A DNA stretch of 63,271 nucleotides, filler included. It is 4 parts of 4 records of this genome, joined end to end, with 100 filler letters (N's around TTAATTAATTAA, not from the genome) between each part and the next. Parts side by side here need not be neighbours in the genome. Positions count along the whole stretch, not along the records: positions 36,454 to 56,844 come from SRR22947727_828; 3 more parts are not named here. One strand, given 5' to 3'. The notes beneath the pieces were generated by a model. The model ran no database searches. It was given only the letters and a program-made list of their open reading frames with translations, and was not told where the DNA came from. Position numbers and translations under genes: made by a program. Below, in pieces: positions 39,124 through 48,985 of the stretch (position 1 is the first letter of the stretch; each line of letters begins with the position of its first letter).

Positions 39124-39850
39124 TTTTCGCTGTATTTTTGTGCTGGTGATCGTCGTAGTTTGTTTCCTGTCATGTAGTTCTGCACAGGCTGAAACCGAAT
39201 GGAAAACACGCAGCGGACAGATCGTGACCGGCGAATTGGTGGCGTTCGATTTCGATCAAAAGATCGTCACGATCAAAAGTGAAGCAGCGGGCGAGGCACA
39301 GGTCCCGACGTCCGATCTTGATTACGCGGCGCGGAAAAAGATTTTATTTTCTAACGTCTTTCACCAGAGTTTTCCTGAAAAATCCTCGAAAGAACAATCG
39401 AGCATGTTGCTGCTGTGCCTGTCCGTTCCTTCGATTTTATTTCTCGTCGGATTCTGGCTCGCAGGTTTGGTTTTTACGAAAAGGTGGAGTCCATTCAAAG
39501 CAATTCTAGGATTCTTCGGCGGCTGGATCGTCGCTGTCATTCTGATTTTCTGCTATTTTAAGTTCGCAGCGCAATCTCCTGGAAATGTAAAAGCACTGCT
39601 CACGGCCGGTGGTTTGGTTTCAGTTCTCGCTGTTTCTGTTTTTGTATCAGCAATTTACCGCTGCAAAATTCTGGTGGGATTTTACATTTTTATATCGCAC
39701 TTCTTTTTCGCCACCCTTGTCGCCGTGGGCCTGAATTATTGGATGCACAAAAAAGCGGAGCCGGAATGGATCGACACCAATTCTGAGGATTATGTTTTTC
39801 GACCGGTCGGAATTGTCGTTGAGAAAATCAGTCCGCCGGAAGCCGAGTGA
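39113..39850 (+). CDS. Membrane protein with SHD1-like N-terminal domain and about 4 TM helices
   Basis: Signal peptide; W.T.SG....ELV...VTI.....VP...L pattern; hydrophobic C-terminal half. Confidence 0.6.
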   Translation: MKTDFRCIFVLVIVVVCFLSCSSAQAETEWKTRSGQIVTGELVAFDFDQKIVTIKSEAAGEAQVPTSDLDYAARKKILFSNVFHQSFPEKSSKEQSSMLLLCLSVPSILFLVGFWLAGLVFTKRWSPFKAILGFFGGWIVAVILIFCYFKFAAQSPGNVKALLTAGGLVSVLAVSVFVSAIYRCKILVGFYIFISHFFFATLVAVGLNYWMHKKAEPEWIDTNSEDYVFRPVGIVVEKISPPEAE

Positions 39851-39904
39851 TTTGAGTGCCAACTTGCATAAAAAATTAGCTCCGCTTATTCTGGGCTGAA
39901 ATTT

Positions 39905-40798
39905 ATGCACGTTGAATCCTTTAAAGTGTTCTGTGATTTGGTTGAAGCCTCCAGCTTTTCTGCGGCAGCAGAGCGAAATGGAGTGACCCAAAGCGCGGTC
40001 AGTCAGCAGATCAAAACGCTTGAGAATTACTACGACGTACTGCTCGTCGAGCGCGGTCGGCGGAATTTTTCAGTGACGCCGGAAGGTGAAGTATTTCTCA
40101 AAGCTGCGCGGGTGATCCTCGACGCATGGAATGAAATCGGAACGCAGCTGGAAGAAATGCGCGACGTCGTCGCTGGAACGCTGAACGTGGCCACGGTTTA
40201 CAGCATCGGCTTTCACGAGCTGCCTCCGTTTCTCGATAAGTTTCGCAAACTATTTCCCGAAGTTGATCTTCACATCAACTATCGGCGGGCCAATCAGGTT
40301 TATGCCGATGTTCTCGAAGCAAAGGCCGACTTGGGGCTGGTGGCGTATCCGCAGCAGCGCAAAGGAATCGAAGTGGAGCCGGTCTGGAAAGATCGACTCG
40401 TGTTGATTTGCCCTCCAGGTCATCCCTTTGCGAAAAAGAAGAAGGCGCCGCTCAGCGCAATTGATGGCGAGCGATTCATTTCATTTGAGCCCGATTTACC
40501 GACTCGAAAAGCGATTGATGAAATGTTCGCGAAAGCGTCGATTTCTGTGAAAGAAGTGGTCGAATTCGACAATATCGAAACGGTGAAACGCGGAGTCGAA
40601 ATCGAGAACGCTATTTCGATCGTGCCTTCGGAATCGGTCAAAAACGAAGTCGCCGCCGGCAAGTTGTGTCAGGTGATTTTGGAAGGCCGTGACATGTGGC
40701 GGCCGCTCGGCGTGATTCGAAGGCGCGCCAAAGCAATCACTCCAGCAATGCGCGAATTGATCGAGCTTCTGAAGGCGGGGCGCGACACAACTGTGTGA
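39905..40798 (+). CDS. LysR-family regulator
   Basis: SFSAAA..TQSAVSQQIK HTH plus substrate-binding domain. Confidence 0.93.
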   Translation: MHVESFKVFCDLVEASSFSAAAERNGVTQSAVSQQIKTLENYYDVLLVERGRRNFSVTPEGEVFLKAARVILDAWNEIGTQLEEMRDVVAGTLNVATVYSIGFHELPPFLDKFRKLFPEVDLHINYRRANQVYADVLEAKADLGLVAYPQQRKGIEVEPVWKDRLVLICPPGHPFAKKKKAPLSAIDGERFISFEPDLPTRKAIDEMFAKASISVKEVVEFDNIETVKRGVEIENAISIVPSESVKNEVAAGKLCQVILEGRDMWRPLGVIRRRAKAITPAMRELIELLKAGRDTTV

Positions 40799-40870
40799 TT
40801 TCACGTCGAAAGCAACGTGCTACGATCCAACCGTATACGTTCGTTGAACTAACCCTGTCTGTTCGTGAAA

Positions 40871-42307
40871 ATGAAAAAACTCTTCTTACTTCTCGTCGCT
40901 TCATTCTCGCTGTCCGCTTCGGCCGATCAGCCGAATATCGTTTTGATCATGGCCGACGACATGGGCTGGGGGCAAACGGGATATTATGATCATCCGGTTC
41001 TAAAAACGCCGAACCTCGATGCAATGGCGGCGATTGGGCTCCGGTTTGATCGGTTCTATGCAGGCGCTTCGAATTGCTCGCCGACACGGGCAACGGTGCT
41101 GACGGGACGATCCAATGATCGGACCGGAGTTTTTAATCACGGCTATCCTTTGCGGCTTCAGGAAAAAACGGTCGCCCAGGCTTTGAAAGGAGCGGGTTAT
41201 GCGACGGGACATTTTGGGAAGTGGCACCTCAACGGATTGCGCGGGCCCGGAGTTCCTGTGTTGGGGGATGATACTCACAGCCCGGGCGCGTTTGGTTTTG
41301 AGACATGGCTGACGGTCACGAATTTCTTCGATCTGGATCCCATTATGTCGCGGAATGGTGAGTTTGAAGAATTCAAAGGCGATTCTTCGGAAGTGGTCGT
41401 GGCGGAGGCATTGAAGTTTATCGGCCAGCAAGCGAAGGCGAAAAAGCCATCGTTGTCGGTGATTTGGTATGGTACGCCGCACAGTCCGTTCCGGGCACTG
41501 GAAGAAGACGCGGCGCATTTTCCCGACTTAAACAAAGATTCAAAAAATCAATACGGCGAACTGGTCGCGATGGATCGTAGTATTGGCACGATGCGAAAAG
41601 GCCTGCGAGATTTGGGAATCGAAAAAGACACACTGGTCTGGTTTTGCAGCGATAACGGCGGGCTTCCCAAGATCACTCCCGAAACGGTGGGCGGTCTTCG
41701 GGGATTCAAAAACTCGGTTTATGAAGGCGGAATTCGCGTGCCGGCCATTATCGAATGGCCCGGACAAGTGAAGCCGCAGATCACGAAATTCCCCGGATCA
41801 ACGCTCGATATTTTTCCAACCTTGGCAGACGTGGTGGGGCTGGATTCAAAGAAAGTGATGCCACACGTGATCGATGGTATCAGTTTGAAGCCGAATTTTA
41901 CGGAGGAAATTGCGAAGCGAGATAAGCCAATCCCGATTCGCCACGACAATCGCGGAGCACTAATCGACAACCATTTGAAAGTGGTCACTCAGGACATCGA
42001 AAAGGGGGAATTCGAAATGTTTGATCTCGAAGCGGAGCATAGTGAGAAAACAGATGTTTCTGAAAAATTTCCGGAAGATAAAAAGCGGTTGATGGCTGCC
42101 TATCAGAAGTGGACCGAATCGGCAGAGGAAAGCATTGCTGGAAAAGATTACGAAAGTGGCGAGGTGGATTCGAATCAGCCGCCGCGCATTTTCTGGACGG
42201 AGATCGAAGGCTACAAGCCATACTTTGATGAATTCGAAAACCGTCCCGAGTATCAGAGTTCGATCAAAAAAGCCAAAGCTCCTCCAGTAACGCGGAAGAA
42301 GAAATGA
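40871..42307 (+). CDS. Secreted Cys-type (formylglycine) sulfatase
   Basis: PNIVLIMADDMG, CSPTR, GKWHL, SDNG, YEGGIRVP. Confidence 0.95.
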   Translation: MKKLFLLLVASFSLSASADQPNIVLIMADDMGWGQTGYYDHPVLKTPNLDAMAAIGLRFDRFYAGASNCSPTRATVLTGRSNDRTGVFNHGYPLRLQEKTVAQALKGAGYATGHFGKWHLNGLRGPGVPVLGDDTHSPGAFGFETWLTVTNFFDLDPIMSRNGEFEEFKGDSSEVVVAEALKFIGQQAKAKKPSLSVIWYGTPHSPFRALEEDAAHFPDLNKDSKNQYGELVAMDRSIGTMRKGLRDLGIEKDTLVWFCSDNGGLPKITPETVGGLRGFKNSVYEGGIRVPAIIEWPGQVKPQITKFPGSTLDIFPTLADVVGLDSKKVMPHVIDGISLKPNFTEEIAKRDKPIPIRHDNRGALIDNHLKVVTQDIEKGEFEMFDLEAEHSEKTDVSEKFPEDKKRLMAAYQKWTESAEESIAGKDYESGEVDSNQPPRIFWTEIEGYKPYFDEFENRPEYQSSIKKAKAPPVTRKKK

Positions 42308-42457
42308 TCTTCGAATCGAATCATAGTTTTGATTGCGGCTCGTTCTCGAATACGAGAATAATTCGCTGAATAGGATTAAATTTCGATAAAAATAGAAATT
42401 TTAACTATCGTAATTATAATAATTTTGTGATATGAGAATTTATCTCGATTTTTCTAT

Positions 42458-42947
42458 ATGGAAGACACTTTGATACAAGACATCGCATTTTGGGGAATCG
42501 TTGCTATCGCGTCGGTTCTTGTCGCATTGCTCTTGATTGCAGTGATGACAATTTTGAAGCGAAAAATTCCGGTTCAGAATCCTGAGCAGCAAAGTACGGA
42601 CATCAAAATCGGAAAAGCGATTATCAAACGGATTGATAGATCTTGATGATCTAATTGCCTCGCGTTTGGAAAAAGGCGAGGACGAGGCGTTGCTTCGGCA
42701 GCTGAAGCATTTTCGGAATGATCTGATCCGGTTGCTACAAAATAACTCGATTGAAGCGTATGCGTTGGAAAAGGGAACGGTGTTGGATTCCCTAGCGCGC
42801 AAGTTGATCGACATTGTCGATTCAGATGGATCAACCATTCAAAGGAGTGCGCGAATTGTGGAGGTTGTCCGGCTCGGGTATCGATATCAGAAAGACCTGA
42901 GCACGCCGTCAACGATCGTGCGAAAGCCAGCGGTGCGGGTTCGCTGA
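42458..42947 (+). pseudogene. Membrane-anchored GrpE-like gene split by a +1 frameshift
   Basis: 42458-42646 (TM helix) overlaps 42633-42947, which ends in the GrpE-like IVEVVRLGY...IVRKPAVRV. Confidence 0.6.
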
Positions 42948-42965
42948 TTTCACTGCAGATCTTCT

Positions 42966-44978
42966 TTATTGCGAGAGCATTTCCTTCATCCTTGCGAAAT
43001 AATCGAGCGCGGAATCTTCATCCACAGGTGCGTCGGCGAGTTCCTTGTAATCGACTTTTTCGAGCTCTTCAGGATCGAGTTCTTTGAAAAAGGAGCTCGG
43101 CATGCAAGGAAGGGGATCGCCATATTTTCGGCGACTGTGACACCAGGTAATTGTCAGGCATTCTTGCGCGCGGGTGATCCCCACATACAGCAGGCGGCGC
43201 TCTTCATCGCGAGTTCCTTCTTCGACAGATCGAGAGTGTGGCAGGGTTCCTTCCTCGGCTCCGACAATGAAGCAGCAGGGAAACTCGAGACCTTTGGAAG
43301 CGTGCATCGTGATCAATGAAACGCCGTGGCCCTGCTCTTTTTCGTCGCCGCGTTCTTCACGATCCTGCATTAGGGCAACGCCATCGAGGAAGCCGCGAAG
43401 GCCTCGCTTCTTCTTTTTTTTCATGCTGAAATGCATGCCTTCGAGAAACTCATGGACGTTTTTTCGTCGCATGTCGGCTTCGTCAGGCGTTTTACAATTC
43501 TTCTTAACGTACTCGTCGTAGTTGATTTCCTTCAGCATCGTGGTGGTCATCTCTGCGTAGTCCGCATTCGGATTGGAGGCGAATTCGGAATATCGCTGAA
43601 TCAATTCGTGAAAGCGGCCGATCGCATTTTGGGCTCGTTTTGGCAGCGATGCTTGAAATTCGATATCCTGCAGGGCATCGTAAACCGAGCTTTGCCGCTC
43701 AATCGAAAACGTTGTGGCCGCTTCGATCGTTCCGCCACCGATACCGCGGGGAGGGGATGCGATGATTCGCAAGAGGCTGACATCATCATCGTTGTTGGTG
43801 ATGACGTTGAGATAAGCGAGGACGTCTTTCACCTCGCGGCGCTCATAAAAACTTTGCCCACCGATGAGTTTGTAGGGGATTTCCAATTCTCGAAACTGCT
43901 CTTCAAAAATCCGCGATTGAGCGTTCATCCGAAACAGAATCGCAAAATCGTTGTAGCTCCGATCATGCATCCGATGTTCGTCGTGAATCTCGTTTACGAT
44001 CCATTCTGCCTCGGTTTCGGCATCGGGCATGGAAATGAGTTTGGTTGGCTCGCCATCTTCTTTGCTCGACCACAGAGTTTTCTCGCGTCGATCGATGTTG
44101 TGGCGAATGAGGCTGTTGGCGAGTCGTAGGATCGTATTGGTGGACCGGTAGTTTTCCTCCAATTTCACGATTTTGGGGCCTTTAAAAAAGCGTTCGAAAT
44201 CGAGAATGTTGGTGATGTCCGCCCCGCGCCATCCGTAAATCGACTGGTCGTCATCGCCCACAACGCAGATGTTTCTTTCCTTCCCGACAATGAGCCGGAG
44301 TAGCGTCATCTGAAGATGATTGGTGTCCTGAAATTCATCCACCATGATATAGCGGAAATGCCGCTGCCAAGATTTGCGGAGGTCGGGATTTTCCTCAAGC
44401 CCGCGCACCGCAAGAAGCATCAGGTCATCAAAGTCGACCGCGTTCATCTGCTTCAGATCGCGTTGGTAATTTTCGTAGACAATCCGAATCAGGGAATCAT
44501 CAAAATCACCGGGCACTTCGCCGCGATTTTTTGCCCCACTGATCTCCATGTTCGCCATCTTCGGATCGAGCTTTTCGTCTTTGCCCGCCGTTCTGACGAT
44601 GATTTTTTTCAGCAAGCCGAGCTGATCAGATTGGGTGTAAATCGAAAAATTCTTCTTGTAGCCAAGGCGCTCAATGCAGGTCCGCAGAATCCGCACACAA
44701 AGGCTGTGGAACGTACAGATCGTGACTTCGCCGGCGGCTTCTTGCGAAATCATCGTGGCGACTCGTTCGCGCATCTCGGTCGCCGCCTTGTTCGTGAAAG
44801 TCACCGCGAGAATTTCGCGGGCAGGGATGTCATTGTAAATCATCCCCGCAATCCGCGTTGTCACGACACGAGTCTTCCCGGTTCCCGCGCCAGCGAGAAT
44901 CAAGACGGGGCCGCTGATGGTTTCAGCGGCCTCACGTTGCGGGGGATTCAGGCCGATGAGGCCCTTGTGTTGAATCAT
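42966..44978 (-). CDS. UvrD/Rep/PcrA-family SF1 helicase
   Basis: AGAGTGKT, TFTNKAA, VDEFQD, VGDDDQSIY, ENYRS, HASKGLEF, EERRL.YVG.TRA. Confidence 0.96.
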   Translation of the reverse strand: MIQHKGLIGLNPPQREAAETISGPVLILAGAGTGKTRVVTTRIAGMIYNDIPAREILAVTFTNKAATEMRERVATMISQEAAGEVTICTFHSLCVRILRTCIERLGYKKNFSIYTQSDQLGLLKKIIVRTAGKDEKLDPKMANMEISGAKNRGEVPGDFDDSLIRIVYENYQRDLKQMNAVDFDDLMLLAVRGLEENPDLRKSWQRHFRYIMVDEFQDTNHLQMTLLRLIVGKERNICVVGDDDQSIYGWRGADITNILDFERFFKGPKIVKLEENYRSTNTILRLANSLIRHNIDRREKTLWSSKEDGEPTKLISMPDAETEAEWIVNEIHDEHRMHDRSYNDFAILFRMNAQSRIFEEQFRELEIPYKLIGGQSFYERREVKDVLAYLNVITNNDDDVSLLRIIASPPRGIGGGTIEAATTFSIERQSSVYDALQDIEFQASLPKRAQNAIGRFHELIQRYSEFASNPNADYAEMTTTMLKEINYDEYVKKNCKTPDEADMRRKNVHEFLEGMHFSMKKKKKRGLRGFLDGVALMQDREERGDEKEQGHGVSLITMHASKGLEFPCCFIVGAEEGTLPHSRSVEEGTRDEERRLLYVGITRAQECLTITWCHSRRKYGDPLPCMPSSFFKELDPEELEKVDYKELADAPVDEDSALDYFARMKEMLSQ

Positions 44979-45000
44979 GCCCGAAAATCCGCGACTCAGG

Positions 45001-45501
45001 TCAGGAAATCAACCGGAGATTGAAAGGGTAACGATAAGCGATGCCTTTATTCGCTTCGAGACAGCCGAGGATGCAAAAGACGAGATTCAAAATCACCACG
45101 ACTGGGTAGAGAATCGCCAAACATGGCAGGACAAAACTCACGACCGTCACAGCAACATAACTAATGGCGATCAGAATTTGGAAATTCAGCGCTTCTTTGC
45201 CCTGACTATTTAAGAACGGACTTTCCTCTTTTTTAATCAGCCAGATAATCAAAGGCCCCACGAAAAAGGTGAAAGCACCCAGCAGGTGGGCCAGCATTCC
45301 CATCGTTTTTTCGTCTGTCTCGCTGAGTTTTCCTGCACCCAAAACGGCTCCTTCAGTCGAAGGTGGTGGCGCATTTATTGCGTCTTTGATTTGATCGACA
45401 GCATCAGACGCAGCGTCTGATGCGTTTTCAACGATGTTCTTGTCATTGTTTCCGTCATCATCATCCATCGGTGGCGGGACGCTAGGTGGTTCTTCAGGCA
45501 T
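45001..45501 (-). CDS. DUF4870 membrane protein
   Basis: MLAHLLG, PLIIWL.KK, GKEALNFQI, YRYPF. Confidence 0.9.
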   Translation of the reverse strand: MPEEPPSVPPPMDDDDGNNDKNIVENASDAASDAVDQIKDAINAPPPSTEGAVLGAGKLSETDEKTMGMLAHLLGAFTFFVGPLIIWLIKKEESPFLNSQGKEALNFQILIAISYVAVTVVSFVLPCLAILYPVVVILNLVFCILGCLEANKGIAYRYPFNLRLIS

Positions 45502-45559
45502 GATTTAGTATAAGTGAAAATCTGCCTTCAAATCAAGCAACTTCCCTGCCAGAAAAAGG

Positions 45560-46096
45560 CTATTCCAAAATCTGGATCTCATCGTCGCCGCCGAGCCCGT
45601 TTGCAGGAACCAACCCACGCGTCGTTCGGCTGTTCCGATCGACCATTCCCATCGCAATCACACGATCCCCGCGTTTTGGATTTCCCTGAACGATATCAGC
45701 AACAACAAACGCTCCTTTTTTCTCCGGGCTAAGGCTCAGCTTCGCCGTTGGGCGACCGTTTAAACCGTAGGTCATCATCTCGGTGCCAGCCTCAAGCGTA
45801 AGCCCTTTCGAAGAGCGAATGAGCACGAATTTTTCATCGACCATGACGGTTTGAACCGAACCAATCGGAAATTCAGTCGCTGTCGCTCGTGGGGCTGGCT
45901 TTTCTTTCTCTTTTGCCGCCTCGGCTTCTGCCAGTGATTGGTCCTCATCTTCGTTGTTGCCGAACATGCTGCCAAGAATCCCGCCGCCTTTTTTTGGAGA
46001 AGGTGAGTTGCCGTCGCTGATGCAACCGACTCCGCCGATCAAAATCGCTGCAGCCAGCCCGCTCGAAAAACAAATCTGTTTCTTTCTTCCCATCAT
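45560..46096 (-). CDS. Hypothetical lipoprotein (likely start 46096; the track's longer ORF overlaps hemB)
   Basis: MMGRKK...AAAILIGGVGC lipobox; small beta-rich C-terminal domain. Confidence 0.65.
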   Translation of the reverse strand: MMGRKKQICFSSGLAAAILIGGVGCISDGNSPSPKKGGGILGSMFGNNEDEDQSLAEAEAAKEKEKPAPRATATEFPIGSVQTVMVDEKFVLIRSSKGLTLEAGTEMMTYGLNGRPTAKLSLSPEKKGAFVVADIVQGNPKRGDRVIAMGMVDRNSRTTRGLVPANGLGGDDEIQILE

Positions 46097-46213
46097 TCCT
46101 GCTTCGTGTGTTGCGGAAATGTCGCGACAAAAGCGCCTTCGCGAAAGCAGAAAACCCGTTTTTAGGCCGAAAAAAGCGTGGCATCGGTCGATTTGGAGCG
46201 TTTCTTGCCTCAT

Positions 46214-47209
46214 ATGAGCAAACTCGACCTTCCAAGTCGCCCCCGTCGAAATCGGAAATCCGCCTCCATTCGAGGATTGGTTCGCGAGACCATCGTCACT
46301 CCGGCCGATCTGATTCTGCCACTTTTCATTCACGAATCGAAAGTTGATGACGCAATTGACTCCATGCCTGGTTGTCATCGCTGGAGTCTCGAGGGCATGG
46401 TCAAAGAGGTCGGTGAAGCTTCTGCTCTCGGGATCAGAGCGGTCGTCTTTTTTCCGAAAATCGAAGACGACCTCAAGACTTCTCACGGCGATGAATGCGT
46501 CAACCCCGATGGATTGGTTCAGCGGGCTATCCGCGCGGTCAAGTCGACGTATCCAGAGGTCACCGTAATCACCGACATCGCGCTCGATCCCTACAATTCC
46601 GATGGTCACGATGGCATTGTTCAGAAGGACGAATCCACCGGCGACCTAAAAATCATCAACGACGAAACGGTCGCTGCGTTGTGTGATCAGGCTAGAAGCC
46701 ATGCTGAAGCTGGAGCCGATATTGTTGCCCCGAGCGACATGATGGATGGACGTGTCGGTGCAATCCGCGATGCCCTCGATGACGCCGATTTCGAGGATGT
46801 TTCGATCATGAGTTACACCGCGAAATATGCCTCCGCCTACTACGGGCCGTTTCGCGGAGCGCTCGATTCCGCACCAAAAGACGGTGACAAAAAGACTTAT
46901 CAGATGGATCCAGCCAACTGGCGCGAAGCCCTTCGCGAAGCCGAAGCCGATGTTTCCGAAGGGGCCGATGTTCTCATGGTCAAACCCGCTGGACCTTATC
47001 TGGACATCATCCGCGCCATTCGCGAAGAGGTCGATTTGCCCATCGCCGCCTATCAAGTCAGCGGCGAATATCTCATGATTAAATCCGCTGCCAAAGATGG
47101 TTGGATCGACGAAGACAAAATCATGGTTGAATCCCTGACCGGAATCAAACGTGCCGGAGCCGATATGATTCTGACGTATTTTGCGAAGAAGTTCGCTCAG
47201 CAATCCTAG
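46214..47209 (+). CDS. hemB: Porphobilinogen synthase (Asp-rich, Zn-independent type)
   Basis: RPRRNR, DIALDPYNSDGHDG, SDMMDGR, YGPFR, MVKP, AYQVSGEY. Confidence 0.97.
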   Translation: MSKLDLPSRPRRNRKSASIRGLVRETIVTPADLILPLFIHESKVDDAIDSMPGCHRWSLEGMVKEVGEASALGIRAVVFFPKIEDDLKTSHGDECVNPDGLVQRAIRAVKSTYPEVTVITDIALDPYNSDGHDGIVQKDESTGDLKIINDETVAALCDQARSHAEAGADIVAPSDMMDGRVGAIRDALDDADFEDVSIMSYTAKYASAYYGPFRGALDSAPKDGDKKTYQMDPANWREALREAEADVSEGADVLMVKPAGPYLDIIRAIREEVDLPIAAYQVSGEYLMIKSAAKDGWIDEDKIMVESLTGIKRAGADMILTYFAKKFAQQS

Positions 47210-47254
47210 TCAAAAGCCATTTTGCCTCCGCATCTCTGGGTGAGGACTCTTTCT

Positions 47255-47917
47255 ATGAAACCATTCGCCATTCTCTTCGACTGGGACGGAGTTGTTATCG
47301 ATTCCCGGGAACAACACGCAGCAAGCTGGGACCGCCTTGCTGAACGAAAAAATCTGCCGCTACCCGACGGTCATTTTGAAAAGGGATTCGGAATGCGAAA
47401 CGAGTCTATCATTCCCGATGTTCTTGGCTGGGCAACTGATCCTGCCGAAGTCGCCGCGCTTGCCTTCGAAAAAGAAGAAACCTATCGAGAGCTCGTTCGC
47501 GAAGTCGGGATCGAGCCACTCCCCGGAGTGCGTGAGTTTTTGAAAATACTCAAAGCTTCTGGAATTCCCACGGCTGTGGGATCATCGACCCCACGATCCA
47601 ACATCGATTGCTCGCTCGAAATCACCGGCATCGCCGACTACTTCGGTGGAATCGTTGCCGCTGAAGACGTTTCCAACGGCAAACCCGATCCCGAAGTATT
47701 TCTCAACGGAGCCAAGCTCCTCGGTTTTGATCCAAAAAACTGCATTGTCCTCGAAGACGCCCAGGTCGGGATTGATGCCGCCCGCGCCGGGGGAATGCAC
47801 GTCATTGGAGTGGCGACAACCCATCCCGCCGAATCATTGAAGAACGTTGATGCCGTGGTTCATCGGTTGGATGAGTTGTCGATCGAAAAGCTCGCTTCGA
47901 TCTTTGAGAATCGTTAA
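47255..47917 (+). CDS. HAD phosphatase (beta-phosphoglucomutase-like)
   Basis: FDWDGVVIDS, GKPDPE, EDAQVG. Confidence 0.9.
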   Translation: MKPFAILFDWDGVVIDSREQHAASWDRLAERKNLPLPDGHFEKGFGMRNESIIPDVLGWATDPAEVAALAFEKEETYRELVREVGIEPLPGVREFLKILKASGIPTAVGSSTPRSNIDCSLEITGIADYFGGIVAAEDVSNGKPDPEVFLNGAKLLGFDPKNCIVLEDAQVGIDAARAGGMHVIGVATTHPAESLKNVDAVVHRLDELSIEKLASIFENR

Positions 47918-47926
47918 CCTTCAGGA

Positions 47927-48985
47927 ATGAAAAAGTGGATCGTACTTCTCGCCTCCGGTTTTCTTTTCTTCAATCAAGCAACTCCTGCGTATGCCTGTTG
48001 CGCAGTTTCGCGGGCGATTCATAAGATCGTAAACGCGGATCAAACCGTGATCATCTTGTGGGATGCTGAATTGCAAACTCAGCATTTCATTCGTAAAGCG
48101 AGTTTCAAAGGCGATGGAGCTGCCGAAGATTTCGGGTTCATCGTTCCCTCGCCCAGTCAGCCGGAACTGGATGAATCAGGAGACGAAGTTTTTTCCGTTC
48201 TGAAATATATAACGGCCCCGATAGTCAGAACGCATTCTCCGGGATTTGGTTGTTCCGCACCAGCTGCATCAGAAATGGCCAAAGACGCATCGGTCATCGT
48301 CCTCGAAGAAAAACGTGTCGCAGGTTTCGATGCCGTTGTTCTCAAAGCGGATACTGCCGAAGCGCTCGTCACGTGGCTGTCTGAAAACGACTATGCCTAC
48401 TCTGACGCGGTGGCGGATTGGGCACAGCTGTATGTTGAAAATGATTGGGTTTTCACTGCGTTGAAAATTGCCAAGCCTGATGCCGAAACTTCAGATCCTG
48501 TTACCGAAGCCGACACACTGCGGATCAGCTTCAAAACGGACACGCCACTTTTTCCTTATCGTGAACCTGACTCGGGCGATGCCGCGAAGTCCGTTGATGC
48601 AGAGGATCGTCTGCTCCGAATCTACTTCATCGCAGACAAAGCCTTCGCCGGAAGTTTTAAAAACGGCGAAACCTGGAGCGGTAAAAAAGTATGGTCCGGC
48701 GACATTACCCAACACCGTCAGGGGCTTCTTAATAACCTCGATTTGCCAAAAGAAACCGGCCCTTCAAAGACCTGGTGGCTGACCGAATTCGAAGATCAAT
48801 GGGCTTATCAAAAAGCACCGGGCGATCTCTACTTTTCGCCCGACTCCGATACCAAATCGTTGCAACGCACTGCGATGAGCCCGTCAGCTCCTCACGACCC
48901 TTTGGCCTATGTGGCCCTGTTCATTTTTGTAGGAGTGACTTTTCGCAGAGGCTTTTACTTCGTGAAAAACACTCACAATTCCTGA
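47927..48985 (+). CDS. DUF2330-family exported protein
   Basis: Signal peptide then ACC, QTVIILWD, DFGFIVP.P, L..WL..N.Y; C-terminal TM. Confidence 0.78.
   Translation: MKKWIVLLASGFLFFNQATPAYACCAVSRAIHKIVNADQTVIILWDAELQTQHFIRKASFKGDGAAEDFGFIVPSPSQPELDESGDEVFSVLKYITAPIVRTHSPGFGCSAPAASEMAKDASVIVLEEKRVAGFDAVVLKADTAEALVTWLSENDYAYSDAVADWAQLYVENDWVFTALKIAKPDAETSDPVTEADTLRISFKTDTPLFPYREPDSGDAAKSVDAEDRLLRIYFIADKAFAGSFKNGETWSGKKVWSGDITQHRQGLLNNLDLPKETGPSKTWWLTEFEDQWAYQKAPGDLYFSPDSDTKSLQRTAMSPSAPHDPLAYVALFIFVGVTFRRGFYFVKNTHNS

Noticed and set aside
42379-42406. Possible dif-like XerC/XerD site in the AT-rich gap
   Set aside because: The XerD arm and spacer match poorly; AT-richness explains the resemblance.
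43431-45023. Long antisense ORFs (232 and 235 aa) opposite the helicase, and similar ones across 36-63 kb
   Set aside because: Shadow ORFs expected from codon bias in GC-richer DNA; no motifs.
46097-46609. N-terminal extension of the 349-aa ORF overlapping hemB
   Set aside because: Antisense to hemB; the lipoprotein signal starts at 46096.
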